From a virus, in IMG/VR virus record IMGVR_UViG_3300023174_000061: 64,000 bases of DNA; one strand, given 5' to 3'. This document shows positions 36,001 to 46,111 of this stretch, piece by piece. Made by a program: the position numbers and the translations under genes. The stretch's first letter is position 1; each line of letters opens with the position of its first letter. Below the pieces are notes generated by a model. That model did no database searches. It was not told where the DNA came from and saw nothing but the letters and a program-made list of their open reading frames with translations.

Positions 36001-39000
36001 TTTAAGTGATGTTATTGATTTGAGACCAAGAGTTTCTCCATATTCTGGTACAAAATCACCATTTGAGTACGAATCAAGATTGTTTAATGGACAAAATTCC
36101 ACACAAAGTATTTTTGCACAACAAAAAGCAATAAACTTGTCTTATGATTATTATCTACCAAGAATTGATAGGTTATTTTTAACAAAAGAAGGATCATTTA
36201 TTGTAAACAAAGGTGTTCCATCACTTCAACCCAAACTTCCAAATAGTTTGGACTCTTGTTTAGAAGTAGCAACAATTCGTTTACCTGCATATTTAAATAG
36301 ATCAGAAAATGCATCAACATCTTTAGTTCAACATAAACGATATACTATGAAAGACATTTCCAGATTGGAAAATAGACTTTCAAATGTTGAGTACTACACG
36401 TCATTATCTTTATTGGAAACTGATACACAGAATTTAACAATAAGAGATACTACAACAAAATTAGATAGATTTAAATGTGGTTTTTTTGTTGATAATTTTA
36501 GATCATATAATGGTGGAGAAATAAACAATCGAGATTATAAATCAAGTATTGATACTATTAATGGGATATTAAGACCAACCCATTATACAACTTCTATAGA
36601 TTTACTTTTGGGATCTGAGGCAGTTATTGGAATTGGTCAAACATCAAATCCAGATGCTGATTTACGTTTTGTTAATGATTTAGGTTCTCCAAATATAAAA
36701 AGAGTTGGAGATGTTGTGTGTTTAAATTATTCCGACGTTGAATATGTAAAAAATCAATTTGCCACAAGAAGTGAAAATGTAAATCCATTCAATGTAATCA
36801 ATTGGATTGGATCAATTGAATTAAATCCATCAAGTGATACTTGGATTGATACAAGAAAATCTGAAAGAACTTATGATATTGAAGGTGGTTATCGTGCAGC
36901 AATGGTACTTGCTAATGCTGATAGCAATACTGGTCTTTCTCCTATCGATTGGGGTGCTTGGGAAACTACTTGGACTGGTTCAAGTGTTTCTAGTTCATCT
37001 TCTGGTCCAGTATTTACTGGAAGTTCCACTGAATCATTTACTATTGATCCTGGTGGTGGACGAAGACAGGTTACTGATGTTTCAGTAACACAAAACAATT
37101 TTGAAACTACAACCACTACTACAGTAAATACAACAACAAATCAATCCAGACAAGGAATTCAAATTGGTGTTAGTGAAAGATTTGATACTACAAATCTTGG
37201 AGATAAAATTATTTCCAGAGAAATTATAAAAACAATGAGATCTAGAAATATTGAAATTATTTCAAAAAGATTAAAACCATCATCAAGAATTTATGCATTT
37301 TTTGATAATGTTGATATGACTTCATATGTTATACCAAAATTAATTGAAATTTCAATGTCTAGTGGAACTTTTGTTGATGGTGAAACAGTAGTTGGAACTT
37401 TGAATTCAAAAAGTATTAGATTTAGACTTGCAAAACAAAATCATAAATATGGTCCATACAATTCACCAACAGAAACATTTTCAATAAATCCATATTTACC
37501 AGATAATTCTTTATCTAGTTTATACTCATCAACAACTACAATATTGAATGTGGATACTGCAAGTTTAGAAATGCAGGCATCATCTGGTTTTTATGGTAGT
37601 ATTGCAAAAAGTATGCAATTGGTTGGGCAAACCAGTGGAGCAATCGCAATCATCTCAGAGACAAGAATGATTGCAGATGAATCTGGAGTTTTCATTGGTT
37701 CTTTGTTTATTCCAGATCCAACAATCCCATCAACTCCATCATTTAGAACTGGAGTAAAAACTTTTGTTTTAACATCAAGTTCAACAAATTCCACAGTAGT
37801 TACTTCAGACGAAACTACAGCAGAAGTTAATTTTTCTTCTGCTGGAACTTTAGATAGTGTTGAAAATTCCACACTTAGGATCAGAAATGCAAATGTTGAA
37901 AGAATTCCACGTACAGATTCTAGAACACTTTTTAGTTCTAGTACATCATCATCTACTTCAAATACTTCTGATACTTCAACATCAGAATCGACTAGATGGG
38001 TAGATCCATTGGCGCAATCTTTTGAAGTTGCTGATACTAATGGAGTTTATATTACAAAATGTGATATTTTCTTTAAAACAAAAGACACCAAGGGAATTCC
38101 AGTAACACTTCAAATCAGAACGATGCAATCTGGTCTTCCAACACAAACATTTTTACCATTTTCAGAAGTAACATTAGATCCAAAAGATGTTAAAACATCC
38201 GAAGATGGTACTGTTGCAACTACATTTTCTTTTCCTTCTCCAGTTTATTTGGAAAAAGTTGGTTCTGGATATTCTATTGTGTTGATTTCTTCTTCCGATT
38301 CATATAATGTATGGATTTCACGAATGGGAGAAGTAGATAAATCAACTGAAAATAAACCAGATTCTCAAAAAATTATTGTTTCCAAACAACCAACTCTTGG
38401 TGCATTATTCAAATCACAAAATGGATCAACTTGGACTGCATCTGATTTAGAAGATTTGAAGTTTACTTTATACAGAGCAGACTTTGTGACTTCACCAGCA
38501 TCATTTAGATTCTATAATCCTGATCTATCTATTGGCAATAACCAAATTGTAACATTGAGAAAAAATCCATTAAATGCATATTCAAATTCAGCATTAATTG
38601 GTTTAGGTAAAAGTCTATCTGTTTCTGAACAAACTTCATTGGTTGTGGGAAATACAATTAGTCAAACAACTAATGCTAATTTTACTTCAAATCTAAAGTC
38701 TCTTGTTGGTGCAGTTGGAATTGGTTCAACATTAACATTATCAAATGTTGGTTCTGGATTTACAAGTGGTTCAATAACATATTCAAATATAAGTTTGATA
38801 TCACTAACAGGATTTGGTAAAAATGCAAAGGTAAACCTTTCAGTTTCTTCTGGTGTAGCAGTTGCTGCAACTATTACTGACGGTGGTTCTGGATATGCTG
38901 CTGGAGACACATTAACCGTAAGTTCTACTAATACAGGTAATCTTGGAAAAAATCTCATCTTAACTATTCCAAATAATGTTGGAATTATTTCAGCAGTCAA

Positions 39001-40495
39001 TTCTATTGTTGTTGATAATATTCAAGGAAAAGTAAATACAATAGGTATATCATCTATTTCAAATAATGGATCCACCATATCAGGAGCAGTAGTAACTAGC
39101 AATACTAATATTTCTGATGGATTGCACTTTAAAGTCAATCATCAAAATCACGGAATGTATTCACCAATCAACCAAGTTACTTTGAGTGGAATTGAATCTG
39201 ATATTGCCCCAGTCAAATTGACTGCTGATTATTCTTCAACCTCTACTAGTGATATTACATTGAATTCAATTGGTACTTTAGCAACCTTTGAAAATATTGC
39301 TGTTAGTCCAAATAATCCAGGTTATATTATTATCGACAATGAAATTATCAAATATACAGGAATCAGTGGGAATACTTTAACTGGTATCAGTGGTGGAAGA
39401 GGAATTGATAATACAGTTGCAACATTACATTTGACAAACGCATCTGTATTCAAATATGAATTTAATGGAGTTTCACTCAGAAGAATCAACAAAACTCACA
39501 AATTTACAGATGTTGATTTAGTAAAATATCCAATTGAACTTGATTCCTATCACATAAAGATAGATCAAGCAAATTCTGGAGCAGATAGAAGCACTGGAAA
39601 TATTAATTCATATTCAGAATTGTTCTTCAAACAATCCAAATCTGGTGGTACATATTCATCAACACCAACTGTTGGATCTTTCAATGGACCAAAGGCAACA
39701 CAAAATATTACATTCAATAGCATTAGACCAAATATACAAACACTATTACCAGAAACAACATCAGTTGGAGCAAAAATTAAAACAATAACTGGAACAAGTG
39801 TAAATGGAACTGAAATTTCATTTGCAGATAGAGGATTTGAAGATATATCTTTAAATTCTACCAATCAACTAAGTGAAACTAGTGCAATTTATTCCAAAGT
39901 AAATGAACTTTCAAATTTAACTACTTTACCAGGAAATAGATCATTTACTATGGAACTTCTATTATCAACAGGTGATAGAAAAGTATCTCCAATGATTGAT
40001 TTACATAGAGTAAATATAATCACAACAATGAATAGAATTAATAATCCTGTTTCTGATTTTGTATTAGAACCAAGAGTTAATCAATTGAGTGGTGATCCAA
40101 ATGCAGCAATTTATGTTTCTAAAATCGTAAAACTACAAAAATCAGCAGATAGTTTAAAAGTTCTATTTGATGCATATAGACACAAATCAAATGACATTAG
40201 AGTTATGTATAGATTGCTTAGAAATGATACTCCAGATTCACAACAATTATATGAATTCTTCCCAGGATATGATAATCTCGATGAGAATGGAAACGTAATC
40301 AATTCTTCAAAAAATAATGGAAGATCTGATAGATTTGTTCAAGCATCAAATACTTTAAATGATTTTGGTAATTATGAATTTACTGGTAAAAATATAACTC
40401 CATTTAATGGATTTCAAATTAAAATTATTATGAGTGGAACAAACCAATCATATGTTCCACTCATCAGAGACCTAAGAGCAATTGCATCAATATGA
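33059..40495 (+). CDS. Large virion structural protein, VrlC/DUF4815-like
   Basis: NLNVSPYFDDF, QARELTSLQ, APGADR, ARRTYDESG, DPLAQSF. Confidence 0.88.
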   Translation: MPQNTNLNVSPYFDDFDETKGYQRVLFKPGTPIQARELTSLQSILQNQVEKFGKHFFKEGSMVIPGQIGYDSEYSYVQIDDTHLGIKVSTYIDKFVGKSIKGETSGVTAVVENYITNTESEKNNYTLYVKYKSSSDTNFTSKTFVDGENLISLEDIDYTLSSIRANTSFATSIISGSVGKGSAAKIEEGVYFVRGFFITVPKQVAILDQYTNTPTYRVGLLIDEEIAVASNNYNDLFDNAQGFSNYAAPGADRLKISTTLIKKEIDDFNDQDFVELLRVENGGLTKFVDKTDYNLIRDELARRTYDESGDYYVRPFDINVKESLNDRIGNNGIYYSSQKTNQGNTPSKDLACISISPGKAYVRGYEIETISNTIVDIEKPRTTERAENTSIPFNVGRQILLNNVFGSIAVGLTTQVSLYSDRTSTVGVSSGTKIGVARLYDLKLKNAAYSNASTQFESSFYDIQTYTTLTINTALTQTAPAYIEGKNSGAKGYLVSDASSSTTLTLYQVSGSFITNEQIKINGLDISRTITSLKDYSLSDVHQIYSSGFTADPILSKNLSVAEPGTQFTITSGGTVTTSNQNFYVGINVGDIVSYTKQGESVPTYNKVSVVSGSSKSLTIVATTSVSGICSGALPGSTITVNDFKVVSLDVLNTKNAFLYARLNNSKVSNLYLTGSDVVFKKSYTITAGEFSDGAWSATLETDTSLTFEPFDEEDYNLTFADGTIAVLDNQKLVPNGRTISIQNITVNSGAAILTVTLKKVNTKTRKKTYNRCSSLIINKTSSGISTNTSGLTVSNIYGLRVEDDEISLNVPDVESVIGIFESSSSSTPTLPSITLIGLNSNILNSIKGERIVGKDTGAVASLVSNDGTNTVKFVYLNENSFSIGETVTFEESQISGIVDSVEVGDKNIRTNFILDEGQRSEYLDFSRIVRKSQIVAPTKQITIIYNNYTIDSSDTGDFVGVNSYDKDRYGDDISSVDGISLSDVIDLRPRVSPYSGTKSPFEYESRLFNGQNSTQSIFAQQKAINLSYDYYLPRIDRLFLTKEGSFIVNKGVPSLQPKLPNSLDSCLEVATIRLPAYLNRSENASTSLVQHKRYTMKDISRLENRLSNVEYYTSLSLLETDTQNLTIRDTTTKLDRFKCGFFVDNFRSYNGGEINNRDYKSSIDTINGILRPTHYTTSIDLLLGSEAVIGIGQTSNPDADLRFVNDLGSPNIKRVGDVVCLNYSDVEYVKNQFATRSENVNPFNVINWIGSIELNPSSDTWIDTRKSERTYDIEGGYRAAMVLANADSNTGLSPIDWGAWETTWTGSSVSSSSSGPVFTGSSTESFTIDPGGGRRQVTDVSVTQNNFETTTTTTVNTTTNQSRQGIQIGVSERFDTTNLGDKIISREIIKTMRSRNIEIISKRLKPSSRIYAFFDNVDMTSYVIPKLIEISMSSGTFVDGETVVGTLNSKSIRFRLAKQNHKYGPYNSPTETFSINPYLPDNSLSSLYSSTTTILNVDTASLEMQASSGFYGSIAKSMQLVGQTSGAIAIISETRMIADESGVFIGSLFIPDPTIPSTPSFRTGVKTFVLTSSSTNSTVVTSDETTAEVNFSSAGTLDSVENSTLRIRNANVERIPRTDSRTLFSSSTSSSTSNTSDTSTSESTRWVDPLAQSFEVADTNGVYITKCDIFFKTKDTKGIPVTLQIRTMQSGLPTQTFLPFSEVTLDPKDVKTSEDGTVATTFSFPSPVYLEKVGSGYSIVLISSSDSYNVWISRMGEVDKSTENKPDSQKIIVSKQPTLGALFKSQNGSTWTASDLEDLKFTLYRADFVTSPASFRFYNPDLSIGNNQIVTLRKNPLNAYSNSALIGLGKSLSVSEQTSLVVGNTISQTTNANFTSNLKSLVGAVGIGSTLTLSNVGSGFTSGSITYSNISLISLTGFGKNAKVNLSVSSGVAVAATITDGGSGYAAGDTLTVSSTNTGNLGKNLILTIPNNVGIISAVNSIVVDNIQGKVNTIGISSISNNGSTISGAVVTSNTNISDGLHFKVNHQNHGMYSPINQVTLSGIESDIAPVKLTADYSSTSTSDITLNSIGTLATFENIAVSPNNPGYIIIDNEIIKYTGISGNTLTGISGGRGIDNTVATLHLTNASVFKYEFNGVSLRRINKTHKFTDVDLVKYPIELDSYHIKIDQANSGADRSTGNINSYSELFFKQSKSGGTYSSTPTVGSFNGPKATQNITFNSIRPNIQTLLPETTSVGAKIKTITGTSVNGTEISFADRGFEDISLNSTNQLSETSAIYSKVNELSNLTTLPGNRSFTMELLLSTGDRKVSPMIDLHRVNIITTMNRINNPVSDFVLEPRVNQLSGDPNAAIYVSKIVKLQKSADSLKVLFDAYRHKSNDIRVMYRLLRNDTPDSQQLYEFFPGYDNLDENGNVINSSKNNGRSDRFVQASNTLNDFGNYEFTGKNITPFNGFQIKIIMSGTNQSYVPLIRDLRAIASI

Positions 40496-40692
40496 TACCA
40501 GTAGAAGGGCACAAAGGATTGTATCGTGATGAAAAATCAAATGCAATCGTAAATTGTAATGATTATGAATATCAAGAATATTTGAGAGTTAAAAACTCAA
40601 CATTAGATGAAAAAGGTGAGATTGAAAATTTAAAAACCGAATTGACTGAAATAAAATCGTTACTCGCAAAACTCTTAGAAAACAAATCCTAA
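40492..40692 (+). CDS. Conserved small virion-module protein
   Basis: VEGHKGLYRD..SNAIVN...EIKSLL. Confidence 0.85.
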   Translation: MIPVEGHKGLYRDEKSNAIVNCNDYEYQEYLRVKNSTLDEKGEIENLKTELTEIKSLLAKLLENKS

Positions 40693-40725
40693 ATATATTA
40701 GGAAAGATTTTATCTAGTTATCATA

Positions 40726-41097
40726 ATGGCAATATATGTATCTAATATAACAATTCCAGGGGGTGCTGATTTTCAGCAAACATTTTATCTTGAAAATATT
40801 AATAACAATATAAAAGTAAGACTTGATTCTATATCAAAAAATCCATTGAATTTAACTGGGTATACTGGATACGCAAAGTTAAAAAAATCATCAGCATCTT
40901 TAAAGACATCAGCAACTTTTGCAGTTTCTTTTCCAAATTTAACAAATGGATCAATTAGATTATCATTGGGTTCAACAGAAACTGCAGCATTAAAACCCGG
41001 AAGATATTGTTATGATGTATTAATAAATAGTGGATCGACAAAAACAAGAGTTTTTGAGGGAAATGCATTAGTTACTGCAGGAATTACAACAATATAA
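40726..41097 (+). CDS. Virion structural protein (baseplate upper-protein-like domain)
   Basis: GADFQQTF, LNLTGYT, LKPGRYCYDV, KTRVFEG. Confidence 0.75.
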   Translation: MAIYVSNITIPGGADFQQTFYLENINNNIKVRLDSISKNPLNLTGYTGYAKLKKSSASLKTSATFAVSFPNLTNGSIRLSLGSTETAALKPGRYCYDVLINSGSTKTRVFEGNALVTAGITTI

Positions 41098-41174
41098 AAT
41101 AAAAGATAAAAAAATATTATTGCAATGCATTACATCATATCATTTACTAAATAATTGGAGTCTTCAATTAAATA

Positions 41175-41990
41175 ATGTCTCAACCATCAAGTCGTCAGGG
41201 ATTAATTGATTACTGTTTGCGAAAACTTGGATATCCTGTTCTAGAAATTAACGTCGATGACGACCAAATTGATGATTTGGTAGATGATGCTATCCAGTTT
41301 TTTAATGAAAGACATTATGATGGTGCGGCAAGAGTATATTTAAAGCACAAACTTCTTCCAGATGAAAAAAATACAGTAAGAACAGATAATACAAGTTCAA
41401 CTGGAAATTCTTCTGTTGGAATAACAACAGTCACTTATCAAGAAACAAATAATTTTATTCAACTTCCAGATACAATTATTGGAGTAAATAACGTATTCAA
41501 ATCAGATGCAAATACCATATCATCTGGTATGTTCAATCTTAAATATCAAATATTTTTGAATGATTTGTATTATTATGGTGCTCTTGATTTGCTAAATTAT
41601 GCAATGGTAAAAACACATTTGGAAGATATTAGTAGATTAATAACTCCAGATGTTCAATTAAGATTTAATAAAAAACAACATAGACTATATTTGGATATAG
41701 ACTGGTCAATGGTAAATGAAAATAGTTATATCATTGTTGATTGTATTCGAATTGTAGATCCATCAGACTTTTCTGCTGTATATAATGATTGGTGGTTAAA
41801 AAGATATTTGACTGCTATCATCAAAAGACAATGGGGACAAAATTTAATTAAATTTAATGGAGTTCAACTTCCTGGTGGAATTACAATGAATGGTGAAAGA
41901 ATACTAAATGATGCTATTAGAGAAATTGAAGAACTTGAGAGAGAACTCAAGACGGAATACGAATTACCTCCAATGGATATGATAGGATAA
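41175..41990 (+). CDS. gp13: Neck protein gp13
   Basis: LIDYCLRKLGYPVLEINVDDDQ, KRQWGQNLIKF. Confidence 0.95.
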   Translation: MSQPSSRQGLIDYCLRKLGYPVLEINVDDDQIDDLVDDAIQFFNERHYDGAARVYLKHKLLPDEKNTVRTDNTSSTGNSSVGITTVTYQETNNFIQLPDTIIGVNNVFKSDANTISSGMFNLKYQIFLNDLYYYGALDLLNYAMVKTHLEDISRLITPDVQLRFNKKQHRLYLDIDWSMVNENSYIIVDCIRIVDPSDFSAVYNDWWLKRYLTAIIKRQWGQNLIKFNGVQLPGGITMNGERILNDAIREIEELERELKTEYELPPMDMIG

Positions 41991-43369
41991 TGGCACCACT
42001 AAATCCCTATTTTTTACAAGGTGCTTCAAGTGAACAAAGACTTGTTCAGGACTTAATTAACGAACAATTAAAAATGTATGGGCAAGACGTTGTGTATATG
42101 CCCAGACAGTTGATTAATGAGAAAACAATTATCAAAGAAGTTGTAGTATCAAAATTTGATGATAGTTTTAGAATTGAAGCATATATTTCAAATTTTAATG
42201 GATTTGGAGCACAGGGAGATATTCTATCAAAATTTGGAGTAAAAACAAGTGACGAACTAACTCTTATTATTTCAAAAGAAAGATATGAAAATTTTATATC
42301 TCCATTTCTATTGAATGATCCAGATATTAAAGTTGCAACTAGACCACAAGAAGGAGATTTAATTTATCTTCCATTGGATAATGGTCTTTTTGAAATTAAG
42401 TATGTAGAAGGCAAAGTTCCATTTTATCAGTTAAACAATCTTTATGTTTATGAATTAAGATGTGAAATATTTAGATATGAAGATGAACTTATTGATACTG
42501 GTGTTGATGAAGTTGATAGGTCAGTTCAAGATTTTGGTTATATTCAAACCATCAATATGGTTGCAGATACTGCAACTGGAGCAACTGCAATAGTTTCTAT
42601 TGCTTCTACATTAAACAGATCAGTTCAATATATTGATTTGATTAATGATGGAACTGGTTATCTATCCACACCAACAATTAAAATCACAAAAGCACCAGTG
42701 GGTGGAATAGATGCAACGGCAGTTGCTATTATGACTAGCAAAACAGGAAGAACAGGAGATTCGATTGATAAGATTCTTTTAGTAAATCCTGGTGCTGGTT
42801 ATACACAAATACCATCAGTTACAATTGTAAGTCAATCTGGTTCTGGTGGAATTGCAACTGCTGTTCTTGATTCTAGAACTTTAGGTATTGTAACTATTAC
42901 ATCTGGTGGAAGTCAATATTCCTCTGCTCCTATTGTTTCTATATCTACTGCTCCTTCTGGTGGTGTAAATGCAACAGCAGAAGCAATATTAACATCCTCT
43001 GGAATTGTAACAGCAATTCGTTATACCAATGCTGGTACTGGATATACGGTCACTCCATCAATTACACTCACAAGTCCGATTGGAATTTCTACTGGTGACT
43101 TTGAGTTTAATGAAGTGGTTAGAGGTGTTTCTAGTGGAACCACTGCATATGTAAAAGATTGGGATGCTGATACTAGAATACTTAAAGTTTCAATAGTTGG
43201 TTCCAATTTCGCAACTGGTGAACTTATTGTTGGTGCAGCAGCAACACATAAAGTATATTCAATCAATACATTTGATGAATACGACTCTTATGCGGAAAAT
43301 ATTCAAATTGAAGATGAAGCAGATGGTATTATTGATTTTTCTCAAAAGAATCCCTTTGGTGATTACTAA
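41990..43369 (+). CDS. gp14: Neck protein gp14 with inserted GxGY-repeat domain
   Basis: EQRLVQDLINE, RPQEGDLIY, DFSQKNPFG. Confidence 0.93.
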   Translation: MAPLNPYFLQGASSEQRLVQDLINEQLKMYGQDVVYMPRQLINEKTIIKEVVVSKFDDSFRIEAYISNFNGFGAQGDILSKFGVKTSDELTLIISKERYENFISPFLLNDPDIKVATRPQEGDLIYLPLDNGLFEIKYVEGKVPFYQLNNLYVYELRCEIFRYEDELIDTGVDEVDRSVQDFGYIQTINMVADTATGATAIVSIASTLNRSVQYIDLINDGTGYLSTPTIKITKAPVGGIDATAVAIMTSKTGRTGDSIDKILLVNPGAGYTQIPSVTIVSQSGSGGIATAVLDSRTLGIVTITSGGSQYSSAPIVSISTAPSGGVNATAEAILTSSGIVTAIRYTNAGTGYTVTPSITLTSPIGISTGDFEFNEVVRGVSSGTTAYVKDWDADTRILKVSIVGSNFATGELIVGAAATHKVYSINTFDEYDSYAENIQIEDEADGIIDFSQKNPFGDY

Positions 43370-43391
43370 ATAATTAATAAATTCTATTGTT

Positions 43392-44450
43392 ATGTTAGGA
43401 ACTTATAGTTACAATGAAATAATTAGAAAAACTATTATTGCTTTTGGTACACTTTTCAATGAAGTGTATATTAAGCACGAGGAGCAAGATGGTACTGATT
43501 ATAGTTTTATAAAAGTTCCTATTGCTTATGGTCCAATTCAAAAGTTTTTAGCAAGAGTAGAACAAAAACCAGATTTAAGAAAAAGAGTTGCAATGACTCT
43601 TCCTCGAATGTCTTTTGAGATGACGAGTTTGAAATATGATAGTAGTAGAAAAGTTTCTGCTATGCAAACATTCAAGGCAATAAAAACTACTGATAGAACA
43701 GAACAAATTAAAGTCTTTATGCCTGTTCCTTATAATATTGGATTTCAACTTAGTATTATGACTAAGTTGAATGATGATATGCTTCAAATTGTAGAGCAAA
43801 TTCTTCCAGCATTTCAACCAAATTTTACATTAACAATTAATTTGATTTCATCAATAGGTGAGAAAAAGGATGTTCCCATAACTCTAGAAGGAATTAGTAT
43901 GGAAGATAATTATGAAGGTGATTATACAGAAAGAAGGGCTTTAATATATACTTTAAACTTTACAGCAAAAACATATCTATTTGGTCCAATTGCTAATAGT
44001 ACAGATGGATTAATCAAAAAAGTCCAAGTTGATTATTATACAAATACAGACACCAAGAATGCATCAAGACAACTAAGATATACTGCTACTCCGAGAGCAA
44101 TTAAGGATTATAATAACGATAATACAACAACACTTGCTGAAAATATTGATGATAAAGTAACTGCATTTAATGTTTCAAGTGCTGTCTCTTTAATTAATGA
44201 ATCTTATATTATGATTGGTAATGAAGAAATGTATATTAAAAATATTTCTGGGAATATTCTAACTGTATCAAGAGGACAAGACAATACAACAATCACATCT
44301 CACACTGAAGGTGATTCGATTGATGTAATTACAACAGCAGATAATGAATTAGTTGAAATGGACGATGATTTTGGATTTAGTGAATCTCGTTTTGATTTTG
44401 GTGATGGTAAAGTTTATAGTACAACAAAGGGGATTGATGTATCATTATGA
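43392..44450 (+). CDS. gp15: Tail sheath stabilizer/terminator gp15
   Basis: IRKTIIAFGTLFN, TLPRMSFE, QIVEQILPAFQP. Confidence 0.95.
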   Translation: MLGTYSYNEIIRKTIIAFGTLFNEVYIKHEEQDGTDYSFIKVPIAYGPIQKFLARVEQKPDLRKRVAMTLPRMSFEMTSLKYDSSRKVSAMQTFKAIKTTDRTEQIKVFMPVPYNIGFQLSIMTKLNDDMLQIVEQILPAFQPNFTLTINLISSIGEKKDVPITLEGISMEDNYEGDYTERRALIYTLNFTAKTYLFGPIANSTDGLIKKVQVDYYTNTDTKNASRQLRYTATPRAIKDYNNDNTTTLAENIDDKVTAFNVSSAVSLINESYIMIGNEEMYIKNISGNILTVSRGQDNTTITSHTEGDSIDVITTADNELVEMDDDFGFSESRFDFGDGKVYSTTKGIDVSL

Positions 44451-44869
44451 AAAGTAAATTTGAAAATATAGATGAAGCATTAGAGATAGAAGCAACTTCT
44501 GTATCAAAAGAGATTGTAAAAAAATCAAAAGAAGTAATATCAAGACCGACTTCTGGGGAAGAGAGTGATAAGGATTATGAATACACAAGAGGAAATTTGT
44601 ATTCATTGATTGAAAAAGGACAAGAAGCAATTGATAGTATTATGGATTTAGCACAACAAAGTGATAGTCCAAGAGCATATGAAGTAGCAGGTCAGTTAAT
44701 TAAAAATGTTGGTGATGTAACTGATAAGTTAATTGATTTACAACATAAGATGAAGAAACTTAAAGAAGAAGACAATAGAGGTCCTTCTACTGTTAATAAT
44801 TCTGTCTTTATTGGTTCCACAGCAGACCTTCAAAAAATATTGAAGCAAGGTCTAATGGACTCTAAATAG
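44447..44869 (+). CDS. gp16: Terminase small subunit gp16
   Basis: DYEYTRGNLY, PRAYEVA, FIGSTADLQK. Confidence 0.93.
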   Translation: MKSKFENIDEALEIEATSVSKEIVKKSKEVISRPTSGEESDKDYEYTRGNLYSLIEKGQEAIDSIMDLAQQSDSPRAYEVAGQLIKNVGDVTDKLIDLQHKMKKLKEEDNRGPSTVNNSVFIGSTADLQKILKQGLMDSK

Positions 44870-44883
44870 TTAAAAAATTTCTA

Positions 44884-45954
44884 ATGAAAACTTTTCAGGA
44901 ATTTATTTTAGAATCACATTGCAATAGCAGTCCAAAGGGAATAAACTGCCCATCACACGGAAGTGTAAAGTGTCCTAAAGTAAAATCACACAAAACAGTT
45001 GAAGCAATTGCGAAGAAGCATCGTATGGAGGTCTCTGATATTCAAAGGCAACTTGATATGGGAATTCCTATTGAGCACGAGCATACAAAAGATAAAGCAT
45101 TAGCAACTTATATTTCTCTTCAGCATCTTGATGAAATACCAGATTATTATACTCGTCTCAAGAAAATGGAAGCAAGTGCGAAAAAGGAACACAAGAAGTT
45201 TAAAGATGTAAAGGAAACAGTTACAATTGAAGATGCAAATGGAAATACATTTTTAGAAATTATTGATTTAATTAAACCAGAAAGAATGAAAGGTATTAGT
45301 GAAGGAACAAAATCTGGTGATACATCTCTCCACGATTGGTTTACAAAAAGCAAATCAAGTGATGGAAAACCAGGATGGATTCAGTTGGGAGGTAGATATG
45401 CAGGCAAACCTTGTGCGAAACAACCAGGACAAAATACTAAACCAAAATGTGGTTCATCAAAAATGGCTGCAAATATGTCTGATGATGAAGAAAATGCAGC
45501 AGCAAGAAGAAAAAGAAAAGAAGACCCAAATCCAGATAGGTCAGGACAAGCAAAAAATGTTAAGACCGAAGAATTTGTAAATGAGGATGCCTGCAAAGAA
45601 AAAGTAAAGTCTCGTTATAGAATTTGGCCTAGTGCTTATGCTTCTGGAGCAGTTGTAAAATGTCGTAAAGTTGGTGCTTCAAATTGGGGTAATAAAAGTA
45701 AAGATGTAAAAGAAGGGTATACACGGATACAGTCTCGTGGGTCTACTTATAGTATTATGTTAAATTGGAGAGGAAAATATCTTTCAGTTCAAATGTTTTT
45801 CCCACAATTTGCTAGACCTCCAAAAGATCAGGTCACTTTTGAAGTAAGAAAGATTTATCCTGGCGCAATTGTATTATCATATAATCCATCAATAAAAGAT
45901 CCAACAAAACCATTATTGTTTACAGGAGATGAAAATGAATCCAGACGACATTAA
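44884..45954 (+). CDS. Multi-domain putative internal head protein
   Basis: N-terminus MKTFQEFILE resembles the T4 capsid-targeting sequence; upstream late-promoter core TAAATA. Confidence 0.7.
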   Translation: MKTFQEFILESHCNSSPKGINCPSHGSVKCPKVKSHKTVEAIAKKHRMEVSDIQRQLDMGIPIEHEHTKDKALATYISLQHLDEIPDYYTRLKKMEASAKKEHKKFKDVKETVTIEDANGNTFLEIIDLIKPERMKGISEGTKSGDTSLHDWFTKSKSSDGKPGWIQLGGRYAGKPCAKQPGQNTKPKCGSSKMAANMSDDEENAAARRKRKEDPNPDRSGQAKNVKTEEFVNEDACKEKVKSRYRIWPSAYASGAVVKCRKVGASNWGNKSKDVKEGYTRIQSRGSTYSIMLNWRGKYLSVQMFFPQFARPPKDQVTFEVRKIYPGAIVLSYNPSIKDPTKPLLFTGDENESRRH

Positions 45955-46111
45955 ACTAGAAAATCTTTCTAAGATTTTTGAATATGAAAGAATTTCTAGA
46001 GAAATTGATTCTTGTGAAGATGTAGAACTTTTGAAGAATATATCAAAATCTTATGTGAAACTTTACTTTAAACAACAAGAAACAGTCGCAAGTATGTCTA
46101 TTAATTTATGA
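45929..46111 (+). CDS. Small hypothetical protein
   Basis: 60-aa ORF, ATGA overlap with gp17. Confidence 0.75.
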   Translation: MKMNPDDIKLENLSKIFEYERISREIDSCEDVELLKNISKSYVKLYFKQQETVASMSINL

